From: Candidatus Woesearchaeota archaeon
GTDB taxonomy: Archaea > Nanobdellota > Nanobdellia > Woesearchaeales > ARS49
Reading direction: 5' to 3'
NCBI GenBank assembly: GCA_038850615.1
Contig: JAWCLR010000002.1
Span: 1,798-65,797 of the forward strand
Length of the DNA: 64,000 nt
The stretch's first letter is position 1. Each line of letters begins with the position of its first letter. This document shows, piece by piece, positions 26,566 through 35,385 of the stretch. A model generated the notes under the pieces. It did no database searches. It had not been told where the DNA came from and saw nothing but the letters and a program-made list of their open reading frames with translations. A program made the position numbers and the translations under genes.

Positions 26566-27090
26566 ATGGCGCGTCTTCGCAAATTCGTTGCTTACAGGCA
26601 CCTTGAAAGGCCTTACACGAGGTTTTCCAAGTACAAGAAGCTCTCTTATGTGCGCTCAAGGCCTGTGTGCAAGGTTGTGAGGTTTGATGTTGGAGAAGTA
26701 AACAAGACCTTTCCTGTCGCGTTGCATTTGGTTTCAAAATCAGACCTGCAGATACGCGACAATGCGATTGAGAGCGCAAGGCAGACAAGCAACAGGCTGC
26801 TTGAAAAGACCCTTGGCAAGACTGGATACAGGTTTATGACGAGGATTTATCCCCACCACGTGCTCAGGGAGAACCCACTTGCCGCGGGTGCTGGTGCAGA
26901 CCGCTTGAGCACAGGAATGGCTCACTCTTTTGGCAAGTCTATCGGCATTGCGGCGCAGGTCAGGGCTGGCAGGCCGTTGTTCACGATACATGTTGACAAA
27001 GAAAACATTGGTGTTGCGCGAAAGGCGTTGAAGCGCGCAAGCTACAAGGTGCCCTGCAAGTGCTCAATTATCACTGTTGAAAACAAATGA
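26566..27090 (+). CDS. rpl10e: 50S ribosomal protein L10e (uL16)
   Basis: MARLRKFVAYRHLERPYTRFSKYKK...RIYPHHVLRENPLAAGAGADRL is typical of L10e. Confidence 0.95.
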   Translation: MARLRKFVAYRHLERPYTRFSKYKKLSYVRSRPVCKVVRFDVGEVNKTFPVALHLVSKSDLQIRDNAIESARQTSNRLLEKTLGKTGYRFMTRIYPHHVLRENPLAAGAGADRLSTGMAHSFGKSIGIAAQVRAGRPLFTIHVDKENIGVARKALKRASYKVPCKCSIITVENK

Positions 27091-27100
27091 GGTGGTATTT

Positions 27101-27268
27101 ATGGCAGTACGGCCGGATGTGAAGGAAGCTGAGAACGCGGTAAGGGACTTGAAGAACTGGGTTTTTGTTTTTGCAAAGGAGTATGACTTGCCTGAGGAGG
27201 CAATAAACATGCTCCACAAGAAGATTGACGAGCTCGCCCTGAAGATTGCAAATGTTAAGTGTGTTTGA
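27101..27268 (+). CDS. small hypothetical protein (55 aa)
   Basis: ATG 27101 is preceded by GAGGTGG. The ORF track starts at TTG 27077. Confidence 0.5.
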   Translation: MAVRPDVKEAENAVRDLKNWVFVFAKEYDLPEEAINMLHKKIDELALKIANVKCV

Positions 27269-27270
27269 AT

Positions 27271-27429
27271 ATGTTTAAGTGTCACAAGTGCGGAAAGACA
27301 AGCTTGAAGACTGGCGTCTGTCCTGTTTGCAATGTTGCTCTTGAAAAGGCATGTCCTGTGTGCGGTTATGGGTTTGACCAGTGCATCTGCACGGGCGGTT
27401 CGACAAAGGAGCCGAAAATAAAACATTAG
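27271..27429 (+). CDS. zinc-ribbon small protein (52 aa), not in ORF track
   Basis: Translation: MFKCHKCGKTSLKTGVCPVCNVALEKACPVCGYGFDQCICTGG... It has CxxC three times plus CxC, and starts 2 nt after the previous stop. Confidence 0.5.
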   Translation: MFKCHKCGKTSLKTGVCPVCNVALEKACPVCGYGFDQCICTGGSTKEPKIKH

Positions 27430-28385
27430 AGTTGTTTTTTTAGTTCCTCAATCAGGCGCGTGTCTGCGGGATCAACGCCGTATTTTTCTGCAAGATAGTA
27501 TGATGTGAGGTCTCCCATGTAGAGCGCTGTGAAGATTTTCACGAGGGGGTGGATTCCCTTGAGCATTATTTCAGTGACGGGTATTCTTTTTTCCTTGAGT
27601 AATTGCTTGAGGTGGTCCATTCTTTTCTTGTTCTGGGCGTGCTCGCGTTCGTCCCTTAGGAGGATTATGTGGAATGTGTTTTTTGCGTTCTGGTATGCTG
27701 TTATTTCGTTGTGGTCAAGCTCGGAAAAGACGTTGTAGAATGCGTGCACCTTGCTGTTCTCGTTGAATTCCTGCTTCCACCTCAAGGCCACGGCTTCGTG
27801 CTGTGGTCCTGCATAAATCAGCGGTATTTTTCCTTTCAAGTGTTCCGCGAGCTCTTTTGCTTTGCTGTCAAATTCAGGGTTTTTCAGCGCTTCAATGGTT
27901 TCTTTGATTTCGGCAGCATTTATTTTTATAATTCCTGAATTGTGCAGGATTACGATCAGTGGGAACAATAAGTATGCTATTGCGCTTCTCGGAGGCAAGC
28001 CTTGTGGAATTATTATCAAGGGGCATTTTGCATCCCTTGCAAGCTCTCGGAGCTTTCCGCCGGACGTAATCACAACAATCGTTGCCCTCTTTTTCTGCGC
28101 GTCCTTGAATGCAGAAATTGTTTCTTCTGTGTTTCCTGAGTATGAGATCGCGAATACGAGAGTGTTCTTGCTGACAAATCCGGGCAGGGAGTAATCCTTG
28201 TTCACTATTATTGGAAGCTTGCAGTCGCGCAACACTGCTTTCAGCAAGTCTCCGGGAATTCCAGAGCCGCCCATTCCTGTAACGACTATGCTTGAGAATT
28301 CGCCTGATAATTTCACGTCTTTTGCCAATTGCACCCCCTCGCGTATCTGCTGGGGAAGCGAGTGGATGATGTCGAGCAGGTCCAT
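27426..28385 (-). CDS. bifunctional phosphoglucose/phosphomannose isomerase (SIS domain)
   Basis: VVTGMGGSGIPGDLL and AISYSGNTEETI SIS motifs. ~320 aa, typical of the archaeal PGI/PMI family. Confidence 0.85.
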   Translation of the reverse strand: MDLLDIIHSLPQQIREGVQLAKDVKLSGEFSSIVVTGMGGSGIPGDLLKAVLRDCKLPIIVNKDYSLPGFVSKNTLVFAISYSGNTEETISAFKDAQKKRATIVVITSGGKLRELARDAKCPLIIIPQGLPPRSAIAYLLFPLIVILHNSGIIKINAAEIKETIEALKNPEFDSKAKELAEHLKGKIPLIYAGPQHEAVALRWKQEFNENSKVHAFYNVFSELDHNEITAYQNAKNTFHIILLRDEREHAQNKKRMDHLKQLLKEKRIPVTEIMLKGIHPLVKIFTALYMGDLTSYYLAEKYGVDPADTRLIEELKKQL

Positions 28386-28502
28386 GGTTTTGCCGCTGTT
28401 TTGCTGGTATATTAATGTTGTGATGGTGTGTTTTGGTAGATGGGCAAAATGCGCTCTCTTTGACCGCTAAGTTTATTAAGTCATTTTCAGAAGGGGGCTT
28501 GC

Positions 28503-28949
28503 ATGGCAGGAAGGCGTGGAAAACCAAGGGTTAGGCGCAAGGCAACAGCGGAGTCCAGCGAATACCTGGAGTGGCTTGATCACTTGACTGACGCTTCAAA
28601 AACGCGGACGGTTGTTGTGGGTCACAAAGCAGATGCCGATGTGCTTACGAAGCTTGGTGTGGAGAATGTTTATTACCTGCAGGAGCCTTACTTCCGGTTT
28701 ATTGACTTGCTTGTGAGTCTCAATCGCGAGTGCATCCTGCTTTTTGATGCAAATCATGCAGGAAATGTTGCATGCGAGCGCGTGGGAAGCGACCTTCTAC
28801 AGCACGGCATAAAAATCAACACGCGCTTCAGGAAGATGCTGTTTTTGAGCGCGAACAAGGACTTGTGCGGTTTGTTGAAATTCCTGCACAAGCAGGTTAT
28901 GGCTTCAGAGCGCAGGCACGTGGCAGGACCGCCTCACGGGTTGGCATGA
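28503..28949 (+). CDS. Toprim-like domain protein
   Basis: VVVGHKADADVLTKLGV...ILLFDANHAGNVACERVGSDLLQHGIKI resembles small archaeal Toprim proteins. The acidic DxD is degenerate here. Confidence 0.55.
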   Translation: MAGRRGKPRVRRKATAESSEYLEWLDHLTDASKTRTVVVGHKADADVLTKLGVENVYYLQEPYFRFIDLLVSLNRECILLFDANHAGNVACERVGSDLLQHGIKINTRFRKMLFLSANKDLCGLLKFLHKQVMASERRHVAGPPHGLA

Positions 28950-29407
28950 TGCTTGATTCTTTAATGCAATGGGTTTCTGACTGGGGCATAATCGTGCCGC
29001 TGATTTGCGTTATTTTGATGCGGGACAAGAGGCTGGTTTTGCGTGCTGCAGTGGCGCTCGTAATTGCCTTTTTCCTTGCGGATGTCTTAAAGGTTGTTGT
29101 TGCAAGGCCAAGGCCTGGGGGAAGCGCAAATGGTTGGTTTTTTAGTACCCCTGCTGACGTGTGGGGTTTTCCAAGCAAGCATGCGTCAACAAGTTTTGCG
29201 CTTGCAGTATCTGTTTTGTTGCACAGAAAGGTTCTTGGCTGTGTGGCGGCTGTTTTTTCAGTCCTTGTTGCTGTGTCCCGTGTTTATTTGAACGCGCATT
29301 ACTGGAGTGACGTGATTGGAGGGGCTGTTTTGGGCATTGTCATCGCGTATGCCACAGACAGGCTTGCGGTTTATTTCGAGCAAAGTGGCCAGAGTGGAAA
29401 GAGGTGA
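28946..29407 (+). CDS. PAP2 family phosphatase (membrane)
   Basis: KVVVARPRP, PSKHAS and SRVYLNAHYWSDV match the three PAP2 motifs. ATGA overlap with the upstream gene at 28946-28949. Confidence 0.85.
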   Translation: MMLDSLMQWVSDWGIIVPLICVILMRDKRLVLRAAVALVIAFFLADVLKVVVARPRPGGSANGWFFSTPADVWGFPSKHASTSFALAVSVLLHRKVLGCVAAVFSVLVAVSRVYLNAHYWSDVIGGAVLGIVIAYATDRLAVYFEQSGQSGKR

Positions 29408-29498
29408 AAATCCTTTTGTCAGTGGTATCTGCCCTGTAATGCGCCGAATTAGGATAATTTTTTAAATACTGAATAAGAGGATTATTGTGCAACTAGTT

Positions 29499-29581
29499 GC
29501 GCCGGTGCCGGAGCGGAAAACGGGCAAGCTTCAGGAGCTTGTGGCTTAGTGCCTACGCAGGTTCGAATCCTGTCCGGCGCA
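29499..29581 (+). tRNA. tRNA-Leu (anticodon CAG), class II with long variable arm
   Basis: Acceptor GCGCCGG/CCGGCGC. Anticodon stem CAAGC/GCTTG with loop TTCAGGA. Variable arm GGC-TTAGT-GCC. T-loop TTCGAAT. TTTTTAAATA box about 30 nt upstream. Confidence 0.9.
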
Positions 29582-29641
29582 TAACGCAGTTAGCGACGGC
29601 AGGTCCGTCAATCGCGGTTGACCGCTACCTGGTCCGGCGCA

Positions 29642-31360
29642 TCATTTCTTTGCCATCCTGAGAATTTCTTTTGTCGTTGTTGCCTGTTCTGCTGATTTTT
29701 CGGGCCTGTATCTTAAGAAGCGGGGGAATCTTAATGCAAGTCCTTGTCCTTTTTTGAGCCCGCAGGTGTGGTTGGGTGACCTTGTTATTTCTGCGCCGGT
29801 TACCTCGATGACGACTGCTGGCTCAAACCAGACGTCAGGAATCATTAGCTTGCTCACTTCAAGGAGGGCGGGCTTGTGCGGAATCTCGTGTTTCTTGAAT
29901 TTTTTTGGCAGTTCTTCAAGGTCTTTGTCTGTGAATCCTGAGCCGAGCTTGCAGAATGTTTCAAACCGGTCTGCAGAGTCGTTGTAAACAGCGCAGAGCA
30001 GGGCTCCGTATGTTCCTGCTCTTCTTCCCCTGCCCTTGTATGCCCCCACGACAACCAAGTCAAAAGTGTCGCGAAGCCCTTTCACGTATTCTGGCTTCCA
30101 TTTTACCCAGTGCCATCCCCTGACTCCTGCTTCATAGGTTGAGTCTGGTTGCAGGCTTTTGATGACTATTCCTTCTCCCCCGCGCTGGACTGTTGTGTTG
30201 AACAATTCCTCTGCACAGTCAGGATTGTCGCAGATTACTCTCAGGGCGAGTTTTATCCTGTCTGATTCCTTGATGTTCTTTAGTAACACTTCGTATCTTT
30301 TTGGGTATGGTTCGCGGATTAGTGATTTGCCGTTATAATACAGCATCTCAAAAACAAAAAGGCACACGGGAATCCTCTTGACGTATTCCTCAATGCCGTG
30401 CTTTCTTCTTCTCTGCATTAATACTTGGAATGGGAGGAGGTTTCCTTTTTTGTCGACAGGCATGCATTCGCCTTCTATGACGCAGTCCCTTGCCTTCACG
30501 TTCTTTCTTACCGCTTCAACAATGTCAGGGAATTGCGAGGTGATGTTTTCAAGCCGTCTTGAGTAAAGCGTTATTTTGTCCCCCTTTTTGTGGGCTTGTA
30601 TTCTTTCTCCGTCGTATTTTTCTTCTACAGCAAACGGCTTGCCCATTTTTTCAGGAATTTCGTCAAGGTTCTTTACCCGTTGGCAAAGCATCATTTGAAT
30701 TGGTACTCCGAGTGTGACTCCAATCTTCCTGATTCCTGCAAGCCCTTTGGTCGCGATTGTGCGTGCAATCACTCCGACGTCTGGCGAGATTGTGTAGGCG
30801 TGCTCAACTTCTTTTTTTGCTGCCTTTGAGCCTGTGAACGTTATGCACAACGCGTCCAGGACTGTTTTGTCGCCAACGCCGAGGCGCAGGTTGCCTTGGA
30901 CTATTCTTGCGAGATAGCGTGCTTCTCTTGCTGAGGCATTCTTGAGGAGTCCTGCAAGAAGGCTGATTTTTTGTTCCTGGCTTCCTGCACCTGATGCTGC
31001 TGCTATTTTGTGGAACGTGTCAAAGACTTCTGTTATTGTTAGGTCTTTTCTTTTTCTGCCAACAAGCTGTTCTGCAACAAGACCTATGTCGCCAAGTTTT
31101 TTGTACAATGCAAGAACCGCTTTTTCGTCTTTATTTGATGCCAGCGCAACTGCCCTTAAGACCATTTTTTCAGCCATTCCAAGATTGATGTCTGAGTAAT
31201 CGCTTGCTATCCTTCCAAGAGTGAGGTATGCGACCTTGTCAATCTCAGCTTTTGAGACTTTTTTGAAAAGTTCTGCAAGAATTGCTCTCAGGGTGTTTCC
31301 TGAGCTTGTTTTTTCGAGTTCCTCAAATGTTTCGGCGAGGTCTTTGAAGAGCAGGCTCAT
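29642..31360 (-). CDS. lig: ATP-dependent DNA ligase
   Basis: Adenylation motif EEKYDGERIQ. ~570 aa archaeal Lig1-like layout. Confidence 0.95.
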   Translation of the reverse strand: MSLLFKDLAETFEELEKTSSGNTLRAILAELFKKVSKAEIDKVAYLTLGRIASDYSDINLGMAEKMVLRAVALASNKDEKAVLALYKKLGDIGLVAEQLVGRKRKDLTITEVFDTFHKIAAASGAGSQEQKISLLAGLLKNASAREARYLARIVQGNLRLGVGDKTVLDALCITFTGSKAAKKEVEHAYTISPDVGVIARTIATKGLAGIRKIGVTLGVPIQMMLCQRVKNLDEIPEKMGKPFAVEEKYDGERIQAHKKGDKITLYSRRLENITSQFPDIVEAVRKNVKARDCVIEGECMPVDKKGNLLPFQVLMQRRRKHGIEEYVKRIPVCLFVFEMLYYNGKSLIREPYPKRYEVLLKNIKESDRIKLALRVICDNPDCAEELFNTTVQRGGEGIVIKSLQPDSTYEAGVRGWHWVKWKPEYVKGLRDTFDLVVVGAYKGRGRRAGTYGALLCAVYNDSADRFETFCKLGSGFTDKDLEELPKKFKKHEIPHKPALLEVSKLMIPDVWFEPAVVIEVTGAEITRSPNHTCGLKKGQGLALRFPRFLRYRPEKSAEQATTTKEILRMAKK

Positions 31361-31419
31361 TGCGGTGTTGGAGGAATGCTGGTTTTAAAACCTTTCTGGT
31401 GTTTTTGTTAGCAAAATGT

Positions 31420-31427
31420 TTTTATAA
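31420..31427 (+). promoter_or_regulatory. TATA box candidate (leaderless 31450 gene)
   Basis: TTTTATAA lies 23 nt upstream of ATG 31450. Confidence 0.45.
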
Positions 31428-31449
31428 GCAACTGCGTGTTGCAGGGGGC

Positions 31450-32211
31450 ATGTCTCAGAATGATTCTTTTTATTTGCTTGAGGAAACGATTGAACTGATA
31501 AGGAGAATTGAGAGAAATCTTGAGCTTCACAAGCTTGATCCGCGCAAGGTGCTTGATTTTGGCGATGTCAATACTCGCAAACAGGTTACTGAACTCATAA
31601 AGAATCTTGACGTGTTGTTGTCTGCAAAAGAACGTGACCCGAGATTATTAAGACTTGTTGTGCAGGTTAAGGGATTGCGGGACTTTCTTGAGATTCTTCG
31701 CAAGGCATTGGAAGGAAGTCCTGAATATTCTGCTTGGTTGCGGAAGCAGAAGTTTGTTAAGACCAAAAGGGAAATCAACAAGGCGATTGACAGGATTGTT
31801 GCAGGGCTTGAGGATTGGGCAAGGATTGCTGAAGAAAAGGTTCACGCGCACAGGAAGGGTGTTGCAAAAAATGAGTATTTGGAAAATCTCCCATCTCCTG
31901 CTTCTCCTGATTATTTTTATGTTATGGTTAAGGAGCTTAATCCTCTTCAAACAAAGTATTTGCATCCTTTTGATCCAAGGCAGCTTGAGGCGCAGAAAAA
32001 ACGGTCTACCAATGAATTGTTGAATCCTGACCCAACAGACCCTATTTCAGGATATCGTGTTTTTGAGCCGGGCGATAAGACTGTTTATCCTGGTTCGGGA
32101 ATCAGGATTGTTGGTGGTCATCACAGGACTTTTGAGCTTTACCGGAGATACTTGAAAGGCGAATTGAGTGGCGACACGCTTATTCTTGTCAAGAAAAGGT
32201 ATGCTGCCTGA
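31450..32211 (+). CDS. hypothetical protein with possible ParB/Srx-like C-terminal motif
   Basis: ATG 31450 (MSQNDSFYLLEE). C-terminal IRIVGGHHRTFELY resembles the (D/G)GHHR motif of ParB/sulfiredoxin-fold domains. This is a weak call. Confidence 0.6.
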   Translation: MSQNDSFYLLEETIELIRRIERNLELHKLDPRKVLDFGDVNTRKQVTELIKNLDVLLSAKERDPRLLRLVVQVKGLRDFLEILRKALEGSPEYSAWLRKQKFVKTKREINKAIDRIVAGLEDWARIAEEKVHAHRKGVAKNEYLENLPSPASPDYFYVMVKELNPLQTKYLHPFDPRQLEAQKKRSTNELLNPDPTDPISGYRVFEPGDKTVYPGSGIRIVGGHHRTFELYRRYLKGELSGDTLILVKKRYAA

Positions 32212-32212
32212 C

Positions 32213-33193
32213 TTATTTTTTTTTGTAAAGGGGTTGCTGGCTTAGGAATTCGTCGGTAAAATAGCCATTTGGAGGGTAATTTGCAGAAAATTCCTTTAGT
32301 GGGCAGTTTATTCTTGCTCGGTCTAGGGCGTTTTTGACCCATCTGAATGATGTTTTACCAGGCAGGTAGCCTCCTGAATGGTTGTCAACATAGTCCACTT
32401 CAAGCGTTTCCTTGTTTATTCCTATTTCTCCTGCACCGAGCACATCCTGTCCTTTTGCCACACAAACATGCTCGCTGCGTCTTGGTGCAAGCACAAGATA
32501 ACATCCTTTTCCCTTGCCAAATGGAATATCCTTGTCGATTGGTAAAATGACGTATGTTGCGTAATATGCTCCATTTTTCTGTTCGTCTTTAATCATGGAA
32601 ATTGCTTTCTTTAAGTCTTGTGCGCTCCAGATTGCTCTTCCTATGTTCTTTCTGGTTGCTTCATTGCGTTGTGATTCAGGACCATTGAACGTATAGAGCA
32701 TTTCGGATGCAAACCTGCACGCATTTAATGCTTCTCGTGCAAGGCGTGCTGTATTGGTATCTTTGGATGTGCAAAGACTCTTGAGGAATTCTGTTGCTCT
32801 TGAGTCCTCTGATGCGCCGAGAGCTCGGATTATTGCATAGCGCTCAATAGACTCTTCTTCGTTGTTTGGGTTTAGTTGGTTGTAAATGTTCACGAGGGGG
32901 AAAAGGATTCTGCTGTCATTAAGGAGGTATGCACTTGCTATTGCTTCCAGCCTGATGTCTTTGTTTGCATTTTCAAGTGTTTTGAGGAGGATTGGGTAAG
33001 CCTCGTGCTTGTCAAGGTTGCATAATGCCCTTACTGCGTGAACTCTTGCTTCAAGTTCGTCATTTTCATCTTGAATTATTTTGGCGAGTGTTTTGTATGC
33101 TTGTGGCTCTTTTTTTCTTCCTGTAAGCATAATCGCGTCAATTCGTTCTGCTATTCCGTTCATTTTGTTTTGGGCGATTGTTGCGTATTCCAT
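32213..33193 (-). CDS. HEAT-repeat protein with unknown C-terminal domain
   Basis: Repeated helical units (ARVHAVRALCNL, DIRLEAIASAYLL, RYAIIRALGAS). C-terminal ~150 aa unassigned. Confidence 0.7.
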   Translation of the reverse strand: MEYATIAQNKMNGIAERIDAIMLTGRKKEPQAYKTLAKIIQDENDELEARVHAVRALCNLDKHEAYPILLKTLENANKDIRLEAIASAYLLNDSRILFPLVNIYNQLNPNNEEESIERYAIIRALGASEDSRATEFLKSLCTSKDTNTARLAREALNACRFASEMLYTFNGPESQRNEATRKNIGRAIWSAQDLKKAISMIKDEQKNGAYYATYVILPIDKDIPFGKGKGCYLVLAPRRSEHVCVAKGQDVLGAGEIGINKETLEVDYVDNHSGGYLPGKTSFRWVKNALDRARINCPLKEFSANYPPNGYFTDEFLSQQPLYKKK

Positions 33194-33269
33194 TAAAAAT
33201 CCCCCTGCTTATTCTTAAGGAGGGGGCGTTTATAAAGCTTCGGGGGTTTGAGAATCTGCATTTATTGCA

Positions 33270-34202
33270 CTATGGCACAACAAACTTTCTTTCGTGGTGG
33301 AGCCCTGAAATCACTTTTTTGGGCTTTCCAAGCTTTATGTTGGCATAGGTGAATTTGTTTGTTATGCTTGCTGGCAGTATTGTGCCGCGCTCAATGAATT
33401 TTTTTGTGAGGTAACTGAGTATGTAATAATGGTCGTCCAGTTTTTTGAGCGTGACGAGGCTGTATTCGTGCCCATCTTTTACAGGAAACACTGGCGCGGT
33501 GCTTCTTATTCCATACACGACGTCCTGAAGCAATTCTGACTCGTTGTCGACAATGACGTCTGTTGAGTATTTTTTTGTTGAAGAGAATATTTTCCAGAAT
33601 TTCGGGGCGAATTTTTTCAGGACATATGCGTATTTTTCATTCATTTTCCTTGTCGCCTTGCATTTTGTTGAGCATGGCGTATGCATTACTAAAGGAAATT
33701 TCCTCTCCACGTCATACATGTGCTTGTAGTACGAGTAATGGGTGTACTTCTTTCTCAGGAATGCAAGGCTGTGCTCTTTTATGTAATGGTTGATGCAGCA
33801 TTTTGGGTAGTCATAAACCCGTCCTGATATTTTGTCTGCCTGTGCGTGTTTTTGTTTTTTGACCAATCCGAGGTATTTCTGGAATAGCCTGAAGCTTTTG
33901 TTGCCATCAAAAAGGTCATAGCCATACCACGAGCCCATTATTTTCCATTTGATGGCATTTCCCCTTATCGCGGTTATTTCCTCGTATGCCTTTGGCCTGC
34001 TGACGAGGAAGGGAATCCTGAGCGCCTTGAGGTGTTTTTCAAAATGCGCCTTTTCATCAATGTTTTCAGGACTTATTTTCAGCTGGATGAATGTTGCTGG
34101 CTTGATTCCTGTTGCAAAAAGAATAAGCTTTACCTTGTTGTAGTTGTCTAGACCTTTTGCTTTCTGGGCAAAATCAATCAATTGTTTTCTTTGTTTGTCC
34201 AT
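33270..34202 (-). CDS. hypothetical protein (310 aa) with YPKCC motif
   Basis: ATG ORF with protein-like composition. DYPKCCINHY...HTPCSTKC suggests a Cys/His metal site. Confidence 0.7.
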   Translation of the reverse strand: MDKQRKQLIDFAQKAKGLDNYNKVKLILFATGIKPATFIQLKISPENIDEKAHFEKHLKALRIPFLVSRPKAYEEITAIRGNAIKWKIMGSWYGYDLFDGNKSFRLFQKYLGLVKKQKHAQADKISGRVYDYPKCCINHYIKEHSLAFLRKKYTHYSYYKHMYDVERKFPLVMHTPCSTKCKATRKMNEKYAYVLKKFAPKFWKIFSSTKKYSTDVIVDNESELLQDVVYGIRSTAPVFPVKDGHEYSLVTLKKLDDHYYILSYLTKKFIERGTILPASITNKFTYANIKLGKPKKVISGLHHERKFVVP

Positions 34203-34264
34203 CTGCCACCCCTTTTGTGCAGAAATGTCGAGGATAGTATTTAAACATTTTCATTGGGGGATCA

Positions 34265-34375
34265 ACTCAAATTTGCTCGCTTCGCTCGCATAAGGACACT
34301 CACTTCTCGTTCGGCTGCTCACTGCGCTCCATCGCATTTCGCTTGCTTGCAGCCTCGCAAGTCGCTCGGGAACAA
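34265..34375. repeat. GC-rich intergenic element, copy 2 (inverted relative to copy 1)
   Basis: The reverse complement aligns with 19282-19380 (see copy 1). It lies in the 296-nt spacer upstream of rpl15e. Confidence 0.45.
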
Positions 34376-34467
34376 TAAAATGATAATGAAGGACTATTTT
34401 TCATCTTGGACAGCAGCAGGCATTGTTGGGTTGTTTGTTGCGGTTTACTCTTTCTCCTATCGCAAGC

Positions 34468-34475
34468 TTTTTAAA
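34468..34475 (+). promoter_or_regulatory. TATA box candidate (rpl15e, leaderless)
   Basis: TTTTTAAA lies 23 nt upstream of ATG 34499. Confidence 0.5.
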
Positions 34476-34498
34476 GGCGCCACTGCTCCCGCGACGTT

Positions 34499-35065
34499 AT
34501 GGGGATGTATGATTACATCGGCGAGTTGTGGAAGCAGCCGAAGCAAAAAATGCCTGCCCAGTACAGGCAGTATTTGATAAGCTGGAGGAAAGGCCCTGCT
34601 ACTGTCAGGCTTGAGCATCCGACAAGGCTTGACAGGGCGCGTTCGCTCGGTTACAGGGCAAAGCAGGGTATTCTTGTTGTGAGGCAGCGCGTTCCTGCAG
34701 GAGGGCACAAGCGCCCTGACTTTTCAGGAGGCAGGCATTCAAAGCACTTCCGCAGGACCCAGATTCTTTCAAAAAACTACAGGCTTATCGCAGAGGAGAG
34801 GGCAAACAGGAAGTTCCCAAACTGTGAGGTTCTTAATTCGTATTTCGTGGGTGGAGACAGCAAGCACTACTGGTATGAGGTCATCCTTGTGGACCGCGGA
34901 AGCCCTGTTGTTGCAAAGGATAGCCGGATTGGCTGGATTGCGAAGCCAAGCCAGAGGGGTCGCGTGTTCAGGGGAAGAACTTCTGCCGGAAGGAAGATTC
35001 GCGGACTGAGGCACAAGGGTAAGGGTGCCGAGAACCTGCGCCCGAGCAAGGACGCAAATAACTGA
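34499..35065 (+). CDS. rpl15e: 50S ribosomal protein L15e
   Basis: MGMYDYIGELWKQPK...RLDRARSLGYRAKQGILVVRQRV is typical of L15e. Confidence 0.95.
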   Translation: MGMYDYIGELWKQPKQKMPAQYRQYLISWRKGPATVRLEHPTRLDRARSLGYRAKQGILVVRQRVPAGGHKRPDFSGGRHSKHFRRTQILSKNYRLIAEERANRKFPNCEVLNSYFVGGDSKHYWYEVILVDRGSPVVAKDSRIGWIAKPSQRGRVFRGRTSAGRKIRGLRHKGKGAENLRPSKDANN

Positions 35066-35076
35066 GGGGATGAGCC

Positions 35077-35385
35077 ATGGCCACCAAGAGGGCAGCCAGA
35101 AGGAAAACAAGGCAGAGAGCGCCAAAGCGCAAAGTTTCCCACAAGGTTGTAGGCAGGCGCGCACACAAGCCGGAAAAAAAAGCTCCGCCAACGGAGACGA
35201 AGATGCAGGCTTTACTTCCGCCAATGGACAGGGAGCTTTTTGAGGAAGAGCCCAAGCCAAAGGATGATTTTTTCGACGAGGAAGAACTGAAGGAATTCAG
35301 CATTGTTGACGAGGAAGAAGGCGCGGACGAGGATTCTGGCGAGCATGCTGAGAGCGAGCCTGCCTGGGACGAAGAAGAATATTAG
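35077..35385 (+). CDS. bipartite basic/acidic small protein (102 aa)
   Basis: GAGGGGATGA lies upstream of the ATG. The N-terminal half is Arg/Lys-rich and the C-terminal half is Asp/Glu-rich. Confidence 0.6.
   Translation: MATKRAARRKTRQRAPKRKVSHKVVGRRAHKPEKKAPPTETKMQALLPPMDRELFEEEPKPKDDFFDEEELKEFSIVDEEEGADEDSGEHAESEPAWDEEEY

Noticed and set aside
26402-26788. 128-aa minus-strand ORF.
   Set aside because: It is antisense to the rpl10e 5' end and its promoter.
29408-31360. Integrated mobile element at tRNA-Leu.
   Set aside because: No integrase, transposase or phage-like gene follows the tRNA. The neighbour is the housekeeping DNA ligase. Only a short repeat remains, reported above as a low-interest finding.
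34254-34708. ORFs 34254..34577 (+) and 34457..34708 (-).
   Set aside because: The first runs through the GC-rich repeat and into rpl15e in another frame. The second is antisense to rpl15e.
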